Positions 62,842 to 64,000 of a stretch of 64,000 nucleotides of DNA are shown here, piece by piece. Position numbers and translations under genes: made by a program. Source of the DNA: Ginglymostoma cirratum (lineage: Eukaryota); NCBI GenBank assembly GCA_024137785.1, contig JAHRHZ010000062.1, forward strand, positions 36,627,424-36,691,423, in the 5' to 3' direction. Under the pieces are notes generated by a model. It saw nothing but the letters and a program-made list of their open reading frames with translations, was not told where the DNA came from and made no database searches. The stretch's first letter is position 1. Every line of letters begins with the position of its first letter.

Positions 62842-63579
62842 GTAAGAATAATATTTTACTCTGTAAGAAAAACATGTAACAGTTATAGCGTGTGAATGCC
62901 GAAGTGGTGATAGAGAGAAATCAAGCTGTAATCTGACATCAGAATCCAAGAAGTGTGATACTGATAGGATTTTATCTCAGCAGGTATTTTAGAGACCGGT
63001 TTTACACCACTACACAGGTGCACTGAACTGAGATGTGCTTCATGTAACCACATCATTACTTTGAGATTCAGGTTATTTGCATTAACCTGCTGTTTGGTAG
63101 GCTGAGCATCCAGAATCCTGGAAGAAAAGCTCATTCTGCTACAAAACATAAGGGGCATGCAGCAATGATGATAATTGCTGACTGTAGAGCCTTACAACCA
63201 CTCTGCAAAACAGCAGCCAGAAGATCTCAACACCTTATTTGTAATGGTGCTAGTATTAAACTCAAGTGTGCCTTGGTCAGAATGTGCACTTTCACTTTGA
63301 GTGACTTTCATGACTTAGACTGTTGGAGCCCCATCATCGAGTGAGGCCTCAGGAGATTATCTTTGTTACTTGTCAGTAAAACAGGCACTGAACTGTGAGG
63401 GGGAAAGAAAAATACTAAGCATTTTAGGTGTTTTATGCGTTCGTTGCTTTCTCAGACTCAGAGCTGGGCACAATCCATATGGTCCAATAACACTGGCGAT
63501 CTGTTCTCAGCTCCCTTGTGTTTAATTACAATGCCTGCATATAGTCTGCAGTCTTTTCACAATCCCAATTAAAAGTTTG

Positions 63580-64000
63580 GTTTCGAGACAGACTTTGAAG
63601 GAGAGTTTGAAAGGAAAAGAAGGCAAGAGAGAGTGTGAGGAAGGTAGAAATGGAATACCAGATTGCACAGATTTGACGCTTGAAGACACAGCAGCCCATG
63701 GTGGGCTGAAGGATGTTTTTGGGGTGTAGTGGAGGGTGGTGGATTTGTGGGGAGAAAGCAGAGTGGCTATAAGGTGAAAATCATAGTGATGGAGAGGCTA
63801 AGGTGGTTTGAAAGCTGCAGGAGGTTTCAGAGTAAACAAACAAGTGGATAAGCATGTGGGCATGTGGAAGAGAATGGTATGGAGTTGGCAGTCAATGTGA
63901 GTCAAAGAAAACAGGGTGATAGCTGACCAGGATTGGATGCTGGCAGCAAATCTTTGAACGAGCTGAAATGTGCAGGGTCTGGAGGTTTGGCTGCCTTTTA
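63580..64000 (-). mobile_element. Decayed L2-like LINE fragment
   Basis: Purine-rich sequence resembling a reverse-strand L2 3' region. Recognised by overall pattern only. Confidence 0.4.

Overview
This is eukaryotic, AT-rich, repeat-dense vertebrate DNA. The repeat content (HE1-like and DeuSINE-like SINEs, abundant CR1, Penelope relics) suggests a cartilaginous fish, probably a shark; this is inferred, not confirmed. The window holds the middle-to-3' part of one + strand gene, otogelin (OTOG). I could trace 14 GT-AG coding exons from 15437 to 62841 (3795 nt, about 1265 codons) whose splice phases join without a frameshift. They encode a TIL-like Cys module, a 1904-nt single-exon Thr/Ser/Pro mucin domain, the last VWD domain, C8, TIL and a run of Cys-rich modules. 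The 5' exons and the cystine-knot end lie outside the window. The introns hold CR1, L2-like, RTE, Gypsy, Harbinger, pogo-type MITE, SINE and Penelope remnants, plus two assembly gaps. The most striking non-genic signal is a set of more than a dozen short Penelope-derived insertions. Many are palindromic, most have 11-16 bp target-site duplications, and several carry minimal hammerhead-ribozyme cores (CTGANGA-stem-GAAA-CGTC/GCTT). I found no evidence for a wholly new gene system. The findings are testable observations on these elements and on the otogelin mucin exon. All family and orthologue assignments come from recalled motifs, not database searches.
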